The notes under the pieces: model-generated
Told to the model about the DNA's origin: nothing
Databases searched by the model: none
What the model saw: the letters and a program-made list of their open reading frames with translations, nothing else
In this document: in pieces, positions 34,481 through 42,753 of the stretch
How positions within the stretch are numbered: the first letter of the stretch is position 1
Layout: each line of letters opens with the position of its first letter
Program-made: the position numbers and the translations under genes
DNA from: Anaeromyxobacteraceae bacterium
Lineage (GTDB): Bacteria; Myxococcota; Myxococcia; Myxococcales; Anaeromyxobacteraceae
DNA: 64,000 nucleotides
Reading direction: 5' to 3'
NCBI GenBank assembly: GCA_049586815.1
Contig: JBAVCR010000182.1
Span: 7,056 to 71,055 of the forward strand

Positions 34481-35614
34481 ATGACGAAGTCCCGCATCTA
34501 CCTCTCAGTCCCCCACATCGGGCCGAACGAGGAGTCATACGTCCACGAGGCGTTCGCCACGAACTGGATGACCACCGTCGGGGCCAACCTCGACGCATTC
34601 GAGAAGGCCTTCTCGGAGCGGATCGGACAGCCCTGCGTGGCGCTGGCGAGCGGCACGGCCGCCATCCACCTGGGACTCATGCTTCTCGGCGTGGGGCCGG
34701 GCGACGAGGTCATGGTCTCCGACCTGACCTTCGTGGCCAGCGTGAACCCCATCCGCTACCTGGGCGCGGAGCCGGTGCTCGTCGACTCCGACCGCTCCTC
34801 GTGGAACATGGACCCAGCGCTCCTCGCCTCGGCCCTCGAGGACCGGGCGCGCCGCGGGAAGCTGCCGCGAGCGGTCGTGGTGGTGGACCTCTACGGGCAG
34901 TCGGCCGACATGGACCCCATCGTGGCGGCCTGCCGGAAGCACGGGGTTCCCGTGCTGGAGGACGCCGCCGAGGCGGTCGGCACGCTCTACCGGGGGCGGC
35001 CGGCCGGCACGAGCGGCGACGTCAACGTCTTTTCCTTCAACGGCAACAAGATCATCACCACCACATCGGGGGGCATGCTCGCCTCGCCCCGGCGCGACTG
35101 GGTGGAGAAGGCCCGCTTCTGGTCGCAGCAGTCGCGCGACCCGCGCGTCGAGTACCACCACACCGAGATCGGCTTCAACTACCGGATGTCGAACGTGCTC
35201 GCGGGCATCGGCCGCGGGCAGCTCGAGGTGGTGGACCTGCGGGTCCGGCAACGACGGGGGGTGTTCGAGCGCTACCGGGAGGCCTTCGCCGACCTCCCGG
35301 GGCTCGAGCCGATGCCGGAGGCCCCCTTCGGCCTGCACACCCGCTGGCTCTCCTGCTTCCTCGTCGACGAGGCCGCCCTGGGCGTCTCGCGGGACGGGAT
35401 CCTGGCGGCGCTCGCCGCGGAAAGCGTGGAGGGGCGCCCGGTCTGGAAGCCAATGCACCTCCAACCGCTCTACGCGGGGTGCGACCGGTACGGGGGCGAG
35501 GTGGGCGCTGACCTGTACCAAAGGGGGCTCTGCCTGCCGAGCTCGAGCTCCCTCACGAGCGAGGAGCAGGCGCGGGTGGTCTCCCTCGTCCGGAAGGCCG
35601 CCGGGCGGGTGTAA
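34481..35614 (+). CDS. DegT/DnrJ/EryC1/StrS-family sugar aminotransferase (PglE-like)
   Basis: 377 aa with YLSVPHIGPNEE.YV.EAF..NW....G, SGTAA.HL, VFSFNGNKIITT (PLP Lys context) and NYRMSN..A.IG..QL. Confidence 0.9.
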   Translation: MTKSRIYLSVPHIGPNEESYVHEAFATNWMTTVGANLDAFEKAFSERIGQPCVALASGTAAIHLGLMLLGVGPGDEVMVSDLTFVASVNPIRYLGAEPVLVDSDRSSWNMDPALLASALEDRARRGKLPRAVVVVDLYGQSADMDPIVAACRKHGVPVLEDAAEAVGTLYRGRPAGTSGDVNVFSFNGNKIITTTSGGMLASPRRDWVEKARFWSQQSRDPRVEYHHTEIGFNYRMSNVLAGIGRGQLEVVDLRVRQRRGVFERYREAFADLPGLEPMPEAPFGLHTRWLSCFLVDEAALGVSRDGILAALAAESVEGRPVWKPMHLQPLYAGCDRYGGEVGADLYQRGLCLPSSSSLTSEEQARVVSLVRKAAGRV

Positions 35615-35729
35615 GGCCCTGTGGGCCCACCATCCGGAATTCGACCTCGAGTGCGTCACAAAACCGGGTCATCGCCGTCCTAGATGGTGGCCGGCCGGCC
35701 GAGGTCCAGAGGCGACCGATTTTGCGCCA

Positions 35730-37739
35730 ATGCACCGGCTCTTGGGTAGACTGCGAGCGCTGACAGCCTTCGGGGGACACACGGGCATGCGGAGGGTACA
35801 GGGAAGGTCGGCGGCGCGCTTCTCGGCGCTCATGGCGCTCGACATGCTGGCGACGGCGTTCGCCTACATGCTGGCGTCGGTGGTGCGTTTCGAGGGCATG
35901 CCGCCACCCGAGTGGCTCCCCGACATCAAGGCCGCCTTCCCGGTTCTCGTCGGCTCGCGGGTGCTCGTCCTCTGGGTGATGAAGATGCACCGCTGGTCGT
36001 TCTTCCTCTCCGGCCTGGAGGAGGCGGTTCGGCTCGCCGTGGCCACTCTGGGCGGCACGGTGGTCTTCGTCGTCGCCTGGTACGGCATCCACGGGCACGG
36101 GCTCCCGGTCTCCATCGTCCTCCTCGAGCTCCTCCTCACCACCGGCATCCTCGCAGCCATCCGGTACTCGCCCCGCTTCACGGCGAGCTTCCTCGGCGAG
36201 CGGATGGACGACGGACGGACGAAGGCCATCATCGTGGGCGCGGGAAGCGCCGGTGACCTGCTGCTCCGCGACGTGCGCCGCTCCCCGGAGAAGAAGATCC
36301 GGGTGGTGGGGTTCGTGGACGACGCGCGCCACAAGCAGGGGTCCACGCTCGGCGGCAAGCCCATCATGGGCACCATCGACGACCTGCCCGACCTCATCCG
36401 CAAGCACGAGGTCTCGCTCGTCATGCTGGCCATCATGAACCTGCCCGCCGAGCGTCTCCGCCACATGCTGGCGCTCTGCTCGGGCTCCAAGGCCAAGTTC
36501 AAGATCATCCCGGCGTCGTTCACCCAGATGGACGACAAGATCAGCGCCGCCATCCTCCACGACCTCTCCCCGGAGGACCTGCTCCCGCGCGTGCAGGTCG
36601 ACTTCGACCAGGGGGAGATCCGCGGCAAGATCCGCGGCCGCCGGGTGCTCATCACCGGCGGCGCGGGCTCCATCGGCAGCGAGATCGCCCGGCAGGTGGC
36701 CGAGCACGAGTGCGCCAAGCTCGTGCTCGTGGACGTGAACGAGAACGACCTCTACCTGAACGCCCGGCGGCTGCAGGCCGAGTACCCGGAGCTCATCGTG
36801 CGGGCCGAGGTGGCCGACGTCCGCGAGCCCGACCGGCTGCTCCGGCTCGGCAGGCGCTACCGTCCGGAGATCGTCTTCCACGCCGCCGCCCACAAGCACG
36901 TGCCGCTCATGGAGGACGCCCCCGAGGAGGCGGTGAAGAACAACGTCTTCGGCACCCTCAACGTGGCCCGGATGGCCGACGCGGCGGGGGCGGAGCGGTT
37001 CGTCCTCATCTCCACCGACAAGGCCGTGCGCCCCAGCTCGGTCATGGGAGCCACGAAGCGCATCGCCGAGATGGTGGTGCGCGACCTCGGCCACCGCAGC
37101 AAGACCCGCATGACGGCGGTGCGCTTCGGCAACGTGCTCGGCTCGGCGGGGAGCGTCATCCCCATCTTCAAGCAGCAGATCGAGCGGGGCGGGCCGGTCA
37201 CCGTCACGCACCCCGAGTGCACGCGCTACTTCATGACCATTCCCGAGGCGGTGGGGCTCGTGCTGGTGTCGGGCCTCAACGACTACGGCGAGCTCTGCAT
37301 CCTGGAGATGGGCGAGCCGGTGCGCATCGCCGATCTCGCCCACCACCTCATCACCATGGCCGGCTTCGTCCCCAACCTCGAGATCCCCATCGTCTACACG
37401 GGGCTCCGTCCCGGCGAGAAGCTCCACGAGGAGCTCATGACCGAGGAGGAGGAGAAGACGAGCCGGGCCCGGAACCGCATCCTCACCGCCGAGAGCCCGC
37501 CGCCGCCCGCCGACCTGAGGGAGCGGCTCCACGAGCTCCGGAAGCTGGCGGAGACGGGCGAGCCGCAGGCCCTGCTCCGGGCCATGCGAGAGCTCGTGCC
37601 GAGCTACCGCACGCCGGAGCCGGAGCCGATGCCCGCTGACTTGAAGGGCGGCCAGCTCGCGCCGGCGCGGAAGGAAGACGCGTTCGACCAGGACGCCACC
37701 CAGCCGCAGTCGTTCCCGGTTCCGCCGGGACGGGCGTAG
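35730..37739 (+). CDS. membrane-anchored NDP-sugar 4,6-dehydratase (CapD/PglF-like polysaccharide biosynthesis protein)
   Basis: It has four N-terminal TM helices, then IIVGAGSAG, VLITGGAGSIGSE, HAAAHKHVPLME, STDKAV.P.SVMGATKR and the FGNV.GS.GSV.P.F..QI..GGP.T.T signature. Confidence 0.9.
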   Translation: MHRLLGRLRALTAFGGHTGMRRVQGRSAARFSALMALDMLATAFAYMLASVVRFEGMPPPEWLPDIKAAFPVLVGSRVLVLWVMKMHRWSFFLSGLEEAVRLAVATLGGTVVFVVAWYGIHGHGLPVSIVLLELLLTTGILAAIRYSPRFTASFLGERMDDGRTKAIIVGAGSAGDLLLRDVRRSPEKKIRVVGFVDDARHKQGSTLGGKPIMGTIDDLPDLIRKHEVSLVMLAIMNLPAERLRHMLALCSGSKAKFKIIPASFTQMDDKISAAILHDLSPEDLLPRVQVDFDQGEIRGKIRGRRVLITGGAGSIGSEIARQVAEHECAKLVLVDVNENDLYLNARRLQAEYPELIVRAEVADVREPDRLLRLGRRYRPEIVFHAAAHKHVPLMEDAPEEAVKNNVFGTLNVARMADAAGAERFVLISTDKAVRPSSVMGATKRIAEMVVRDLGHRSKTRMTAVRFGNVLGSAGSVIPIFKQQIERGGPVTVTHPECTRYFMTIPEAVGLVLVSGLNDYGELCILEMGEPVRIADLAHHLITMAGFVPNLEIPIVYTGLRPGEKLHEELMTEEEEKTSRARNRILTAESPPPPADLRERLHELRKLAETGEPQALLRAMRELVPSYRTPEPEPMPADLKGGQLAPARKEDAFDQDATQPQSFPVPPGRA

Positions 37740-37811
37740 GCACAACCCCCCGATATCCCGCGCGGAATCCTTTACTCGCCCCGACAGGGAGGCGTACAAA
37801 ACAGGGTTGGC

Positions 37812-38276
37812 ATGATCGACCGGGTCCTCGTCGTCTGCGTGGGCAACATCTGCAGGAGCCCGATGGCCGAGGGGCTCTTCCGGGAGAGGCTCGGACGGCG
37901 CCCGCGGTTCCAGGTGTCGTCGGCGGGCATCTCCGCCCTCCACGGCGACCCGGCCGACTCCCTCGCCCAGCAGCTCCTCCGCGAGCGCGGCATCGACATC
38001 GGCGCGCACCGGGCCCGGCAGCTCACGCCCGCCCTCGTCTCCCAGGTCGAGCTCGTGCTCGTCATGGAGCAGGGGCACGAGCGGGCCGTGCTCGCCATGG
38101 TCCCCCAGGCCCGGGGCAAGGTGCACCGGCTGGGCAAGTTCGGGAACTTCGACGTGCCCGACCCGTACCGCCAGGGTCGCCCCGCCTTCGAGCAGTCGCT
38201 GCGCCTCATCGAGCGCGGGCTCGACGACTACGAGAAGGCCTTCTGGCCGCCCTTCCTCCGCAAGGTGAACGCGTGA
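37812..38276 (+). CDS. wzb: low-molecular-weight protein-tyrosine phosphatase
   Basis: 154 aa with the P-loop VLVVCVGNICRSPMAE (CX5R-S) and the DVPDPY Asp loop. Confidence 0.9.
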   Translation: MIDRVLVVCVGNICRSPMAEGLFRERLGRRPRFQVSSAGISALHGDPADSLAQQLLRERGIDIGAHRARQLTPALVSQVELVLVMEQGHERAVLAMVPQARGKVHRLGKFGNFDVPDPYRQGRPAFEQSLRLIERGLDDYEKAFWPPFLRKVNA

Positions 38277-39385
38277 ATCGTCGGATCGCCCTCGCCCTCC
38301 TCGCCTCCGTCGGAACCGCCTGCGGCCTCGCGCCCGGCATCCAGATGTCCGACGCCGAGGTCACCGACCGGGCCCACGAGCAGGGGGACACGAACTTCCA
38401 GATCACGGTGGTGAGCCCGTTCCTGCTCGCCCGCCTGGCCGACGACGACGCCGCGGCCGCCCGGGCGCGCAAGCCCGACCCGAACGCGGCCGAGTTCTCC
38501 ACCTACCAGTACAAGATCGCCCCGCTCGACGTGCTCTCGGTCGTGGTGTGGGACCACCCCGAGCTCACGTCTCCCACCGGCCAGTTCCGCGGGCCGGAGG
38601 ACAACGGCCTCCCCGTCTACGCCGACGGGACCATGTTCTACCCGTTCGTCGGCTACCTGAACGTCTCGGGCAAGACGGTCATCGAGGTGCAGCAGGAGCT
38701 CACCCGCCGTCTCAAGCACGCCATCAAGGATCCGCAGGTGGCGGTGCGCGTGGCGGCGTTCCGGGGGAAGCGGGTGGAGGTGACGGGCGAGGTGAAGGCG
38801 CCGCAGACCATCCCCATCTCCGACATCCCGCTGCGGGTCTCCGACGCGGTCGCGAAGTCGGGCGGCTTCGTCCCCGAATCGAACCCGGCCAGCGTGACCT
38901 TGCTGCGGAGTGGCAAACCCATCTCCCTCGACCTCATGAGCTACTTCGAGGACGGGGACGTGAAGCAGAACTGGCTCCTCCAGGACGGCGACGTGGTCCA
39001 CGTGGGGCACATCTCACGGAGCCAGGTCTACGTCTTCGGCGAGGTGAAGAAGCAGGGGACGCGCCCCATGTACCGCGGGCGGCTCAACCTGGCGCAGGCG
39101 CTGGGCGACAGCGAGGGGTTCGACTTCACCACCATGAAGCCGGTGGTCTACGTCTTCCGCGAGAAGGAGCCGGGGCGCCCGCAGATCTTCCGGCTCGACG
39201 TCTCCTCGGCCGACTCGCTCATCCTGGCGAGCCAGTTCGGGCTCCTGCCCCGGGACGTGGTCTTCGTGGCCCCGAACGAGCTGGCGCGGTTCAACCGCGT
39301 GGTGAGCCAGATCGCTCCCTTCGTGAACATCATCTGGCAGACCTGGAACATCGTCACCACGACGAAGGTGCTGCTCGGCATCTAG
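38273..39385 (+). CDS. wza: outer-membrane polysaccharide export lipoprotein
   Basis: 370 aa. The start overlaps the wzb stop. It has a lipoprotein-like signal (LLASVGTAC) and the Poly_export motif YKIAPLDVLSVVVWDHPELT ... VYADGTMFYPFVGYLNVSGKTV.EVQQEL. SLBB segments and a C-terminal helix are present. Confidence 0.9.
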   Translation: MNRRIALALLASVGTACGLAPGIQMSDAEVTDRAHEQGDTNFQITVVSPFLLARLADDDAAAARARKPDPNAAEFSTYQYKIAPLDVLSVVVWDHPELTSPTGQFRGPEDNGLPVYADGTMFYPFVGYLNVSGKTVIEVQQELTRRLKHAIKDPQVAVRVAAFRGKRVEVTGEVKAPQTIPISDIPLRVSDAVAKSGGFVPESNPASVTLLRSGKPISLDLMSYFEDGDVKQNWLLQDGDVVHVGHISRSQVYVFGEVKKQGTRPMYRGRLNLAQALGDSEGFDFTTMKPVVYVFREKEPGRPQIFRLDVSSADSLILASQFGLLPRDVVFVAPNELARFNRVVSQIAPFVNIIWQTWNIVTTTKVLLGI

Positions 39386-39403
39386 CCGGCGAGAGGAAGG
39401 GCA

Positions 39404-41716
39404 ATGGCCGGAGAGAACCGGGAGTTCGCGGTGTTGAATGGGGGGGCGACGACACCTGCCCAGCCGCCGGCGCCGCCTCCCGCGCCGCCGCGCGAGGACG
39501 AGGTCTCGCTCGCCTACTACCTGAACGTGCTCTGGGAGGGGCGCTGGCTCATCGCCGGCGCGCTCGCGCTCTCCGGGCTGGCCCTCGTCGCCTACCTCGC
39601 CATCGCCACACCCATCTACGAGACCGACATCCTCATCCAGATCGAGCAGCGGAGGCAGGGCGCCTCCGCGGCCCTCACCGACCTGCCGACCGCCCTCGCC
39701 GGTCCGCAGGGCCAGGCCGACACCGAGATCGAGGTCCTCCAGTCGCGGAAGCTCCTCGGCTCGGTGGTCGACGGCCTCCACCTCGACGTCTCGGCCTCGC
39801 CCGTGTACTTCCCGGTCGTGGGCCGCGCCTGGGCGAGACACAACGCCGGGACGGTTCCTGCGGCCGCACCCCTAGGCCTCTCCCGCTACGCCTGGGGCGG
39901 CGACCGGATCGTGGTGGGCCGGTTCGACGTGCCGCACGAGCTCGACGACTTCTCGCTCTCCCTGACGCTCGTCGCCGGCCCGGGCGGCCGCTTCGACGTG
40001 CGGAGCGCCGAGGGGGCGCCCGTGGCCGCGGGGATGGTGGGACAGCCGGTGAGCTGGAACATGCCGATCGCCGGCGGCGAGGGGAAGGCGAGCCTCTTCG
40101 TGGAGGAGCTCCGCGCCCGGCCGGGGACGGAGTTCACGCTGCGGAAGGTCTCCCGGGCCACCGCCATCCGGCGCCTGCGCCAGGACCTCAAGCTCGCCGA
40201 GAAGGGGCGGCGCACGAGCGTCATCCAGGTGACGATGAATGGGCCGAACCCGTCGGCGCTCGTCGTCACGCTCGACACGCTCGCCCAGGCCTACCTCCGC
40301 CACAACGTGGAGCGCCGATCCGACGAGGCCCAGCGCACGCTGCAGTTCCTCGACACCCAGATCCCCGCGCTCCGCGACGACCTCCAGAAGGCCGAGGCGG
40401 CGCTCGAGCAGTACAAGTCGCAAGCGGGCGGCAAGGGGGTCGACCTCACCGCCGCCACCAAGGCCACCCTCGACCGCACCGTCGAGATGGAGAAGCGGCT
40501 CTCCGAGATGGAGCTGCAGCGGAAGGAGCTCCTCTTCCGGTTCACGAGCAGCCACCCTGCCGTGAAGACGGTCGACGAGAAGGTGGCCCAGCTTCGCCAG
40601 GAGCGGGAGGCGCTGAACGAGCAGATCCGGCAGCTGCCCGAGGCCGAGTCGGCGTCGCTCCGGCTGGTGCGCGACGTGAAGGTGGCGAACGAGCTCTACG
40701 TCACGCTCCTCAACAAGGCGCAGGAGCTCAAGGTGATGAAGAGCGGGCTCGTGGGGAACGCGCACGTCCTCGACCTGGCCGTCCGCCCGGAGACGCCCAC
40801 CTCTCCCCGGAAGGGGCAGTCGGCCGCCATCGCGCTCGCGGGCGGGCTGCTCCTCGGCATCGTCCTCGCCTTCGCCCGGAAGGCGCTCCACCAGGGGCTC
40901 GTGGACCCGGCCGAGGCCGAGCGGGCCACCGGCCTCGCCGTCCGCGCCAGCGTCCCCCACAGCGACCGGCAGGGAGCGCTCGAGCGGGAGCGGAAGCTCG
41001 GCAAGCACTCCGCCACGGCCGTGCTCGCCGCGGTCGACCCCACCGACATGGCGGCGGAGAGCCTGCGGGCGCTGCGCACGTCCCTCCAGTTCGCGCTCAT
41101 GGAGTCGCCGAACAACGTCATCGCCATCGGCGGGCCACGGCCCGGGGTGGGCAAGTCCTTCATCACCATCAACCTGGCGCGGGTCTTCTCCGACGCCGGG
41201 AAGCGGGTGCTGCTCCTCGACGCCGACCTCCGCAAGGGGTCGCTCCACGGGTACCTGGGCATCCACCGCACCCCGGGGCTCGCCGAGGTCATCTCCGGGG
41301 AGGTGTCGGTGGCCGACGCCCTCCACCGGACGGAGCTGCCCGGGATCGACTTCGTCGCCCGTGGGTCCTCACCCTCGAACCCGTCCGAGCTGCTCGGCAG
41401 CGACCGGTTCCGCCTGCTCGTCGCGGACCTCTCCCGCAGCTACGACATCGTCCTCATCGACCTGCCGCCCATCCTGGCGGTGACCGACGCCGCGCTCGTG
41501 GGGCGGGTGGCGGGCGTGAACCTGCTCGTGCTGCGCTCGTCCTGGCACCCGGTCCGGGAGATCCAGGCGGCGGTGCGGGCCTACGCCGAGAACGGCGTGC
41601 GCCTCTCCGGGCTCGTCTTCAACGACGTGCCCCCGGGCAAGGGCGGTCCGGGCGGGTATTCCTACCAGTACCAGTATCACTATCAGTACAGCTACAAGCC
41701 GCGCGACGAGAAGTGA
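39404..41716 (+). CDS. wzc: polysaccharide co-polymerase / tyrosine autokinase (PCP-2a)
   Basis: 770 aa with two TM helices flanking a coiled-coil periplasmic domain. It has Walker A GGPRPGVGKSF, Walker A' LLLDADLRKG and Walker B IVLIDLPP, plus a C-terminal Tyr cluster. Confidence 0.9.
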   Translation: MAGENREFAVLNGGATTPAQPPAPPPAPPREDEVSLAYYLNVLWEGRWLIAGALALSGLALVAYLAIATPIYETDILIQIEQRRQGASAALTDLPTALAGPQGQADTEIEVLQSRKLLGSVVDGLHLDVSASPVYFPVVGRAWARHNAGTVPAAAPLGLSRYAWGGDRIVVGRFDVPHELDDFSLSLTLVAGPGGRFDVRSAEGAPVAAGMVGQPVSWNMPIAGGEGKASLFVEELRARPGTEFTLRKVSRATAIRRLRQDLKLAEKGRRTSVIQVTMNGPNPSALVVTLDTLAQAYLRHNVERRSDEAQRTLQFLDTQIPALRDDLQKAEAALEQYKSQAGGKGVDLTAATKATLDRTVEMEKRLSEMELQRKELLFRFTSSHPAVKTVDEKVAQLRQEREALNEQIRQLPEAESASLRLVRDVKVANELYVTLLNKAQELKVMKSGLVGNAHVLDLAVRPETPTSPRKGQSAAIALAGGLLLGIVLAFARKALHQGLVDPAEAERATGLAVRASVPHSDRQGALERERKLGKHSATAVLAAVDPTDMAAESLRALRTSLQFALMESPNNVIAIGGPRPGVGKSFITINLARVFSDAGKRVLLLDADLRKGSLHGYLGIHRTPGLAEVISGEVSVADALHRTELPGIDFVARGSSPSNPSELLGSDRFRLLVADLSRSYDIVLIDLPPILAVTDAALVGRVAGVNLLVLRSSWHPVREIQAAVRAYAENGVRLSGLVFNDVPPGKGGPGGYSYQYQYHYQYSYKPRDEK
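41657..41695 (+). other. Wzc C-terminal tyrosine cluster (7 Tyr in 13 codons: YSYQYQYHYQYSY)
   Basis: Read directly from TAT TCC TAC CAG TAC CAG TAT CAC TAT CAG TAC AGC TAC. This is the autophosphorylation tail typical of BY-kinases. Confidence 0.8.
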
Positions 41717-41735
41717 CGCCCGCCGCGGCCGTCAC
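41713..41735. terminator. possible bidirectional hairpin between convergent wzc and the 191-aa ORF
   Basis: In GTGACGCCCGCCGCGGCCGTCAC the outer 6 bp are perfectly complementary, with additional inner G:C pairs. The hairpin includes both stop codons. There is no U-tract. Confidence 0.3.
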
Positions 41736-42307
41736 TCCCTCATCCCCAGCACCACCTGCGCCGTGAACTTCTTCCCCGGCTCCACGCCGGACGCGGGGAA
41801 GACCTGCCCGGAGAGGGCCCACAGCGCGCAGGAGACGAGGCCGGGGCGCACGTTTCCGGGCGACTGGATCGTGCCTTGCCCGAGCTTCACCTGCCCGGGG
41901 AGGGTCTCGACCGGGAAGAGGAGCAGTGCCTGCCCGGTCATCTCCTCCCCCTTCCGCCGCATCTCGTCGCCGAGGCGAAGCTGCAGCGCCCCGCACCGGC
42001 TCGAGACGCGGGCCTCGAAGGAGGGAGCGTCGCGCGCGAGGTCCACCGGCGGCGGAGGGGCCTCGGGCGCGGGGACGGCCTTCGGGGGAGGGTGAAGAAA
42101 AGCGTCGAGCTCCGCCGACGTTGCCGCGGGAGGCGGGGCCACCACCGCGGGCCGCTGCTGCTGCGGAGGGGGAGGCGCCACGGGAGGGGGCTCCACGGCG
42201 GCGGGCCGTTCGGGCCGCTCGTCGCCGCCCAGGAACTGGAGGAAGACGAGGCTTCCCGCGAGGAGCAGCGCGATCCCGACGAGCGCGATGACGACGAAGC
42301 GAGACAC
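41732..42307 (-). CDS. membrane-anchored proline-rich hypothetical protein
   Basis: 191 aa with an N-terminal TM helix (FVVIALVGIALLLAGSLVFL). A Pro/Ala-rich linker follows (PPPVAPPPPQQQRPAVVAPPP), then a ~100-aa globular C-terminal domain with two Cys. It is divergent from the MCO gene. Confidence 0.5.
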   Translation of the reverse strand: MSRFVVIALVGIALLLAGSLVFLQFLGGDERPERPAAVEPPPVAPPPPQQQRPAVVAPPPAATSAELDAFLHPPPKAVPAPEAPPPPVDLARDAPSFEARVSSRCGALQLRLGDEMRRKGEEMTGQALLLFPVETLPGQVKLGQGTIQSPGNVRPGLVSCALWALSGQVFPASGVEPGKKFTAQVVLGMRE

Positions 42308-42753
42308 GGCGTCATCCTGCCACGGGAGGGAGGGGCCGTCGAATGGTCAATCCATTGCCAATTGCGTCGCGAACGCCGATGCGAAGTATTGCGGACGATT
42401 TGCGTGTCTTTCTCCTTGACCCACGGTGAATTGCGGCGCCGCCGCGCCTCTCTCCGGGTCCGCATCCTCGGGGCGGCGGGGCCTCCCCGGTCCAGGCGCC
42501 GCACCGGGAAGCTCCGTGTTTTCGACGTGATCCGATGTGGGAGAGATGCCGACACGGTACCCAAACCGTGTCCGTGGCGCGCGGTACGTCGTAATTGACG
42601 ATGCGCAAAAATAGGCCCTAAAAGTCCACTTTCGCGTAGCCATCTTGGGTGACACCTGAATGTGATTCGTCTCACTCATTGCCACTGCGACATTTTGTCC
42701 CTACGTTACGCCGTACTGGCTCGAGCGGCCTTCCGCCGCGGGGGAGTTCCAGG

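Noticed and set aside
35553-41766. Long alternative-frame ORFs over the pglF-like, wza and wzc genes (35553-38126 on the minus strand, 857 aa; 38548-41766 on the plus strand, 1072 aa; 39872-41326 on the minus strand, 484 aa)
   Set aside because: They are Arg/Pro/Gly-rich with no recognisable families. They fully overlap genes that have clear catalytic motifs.
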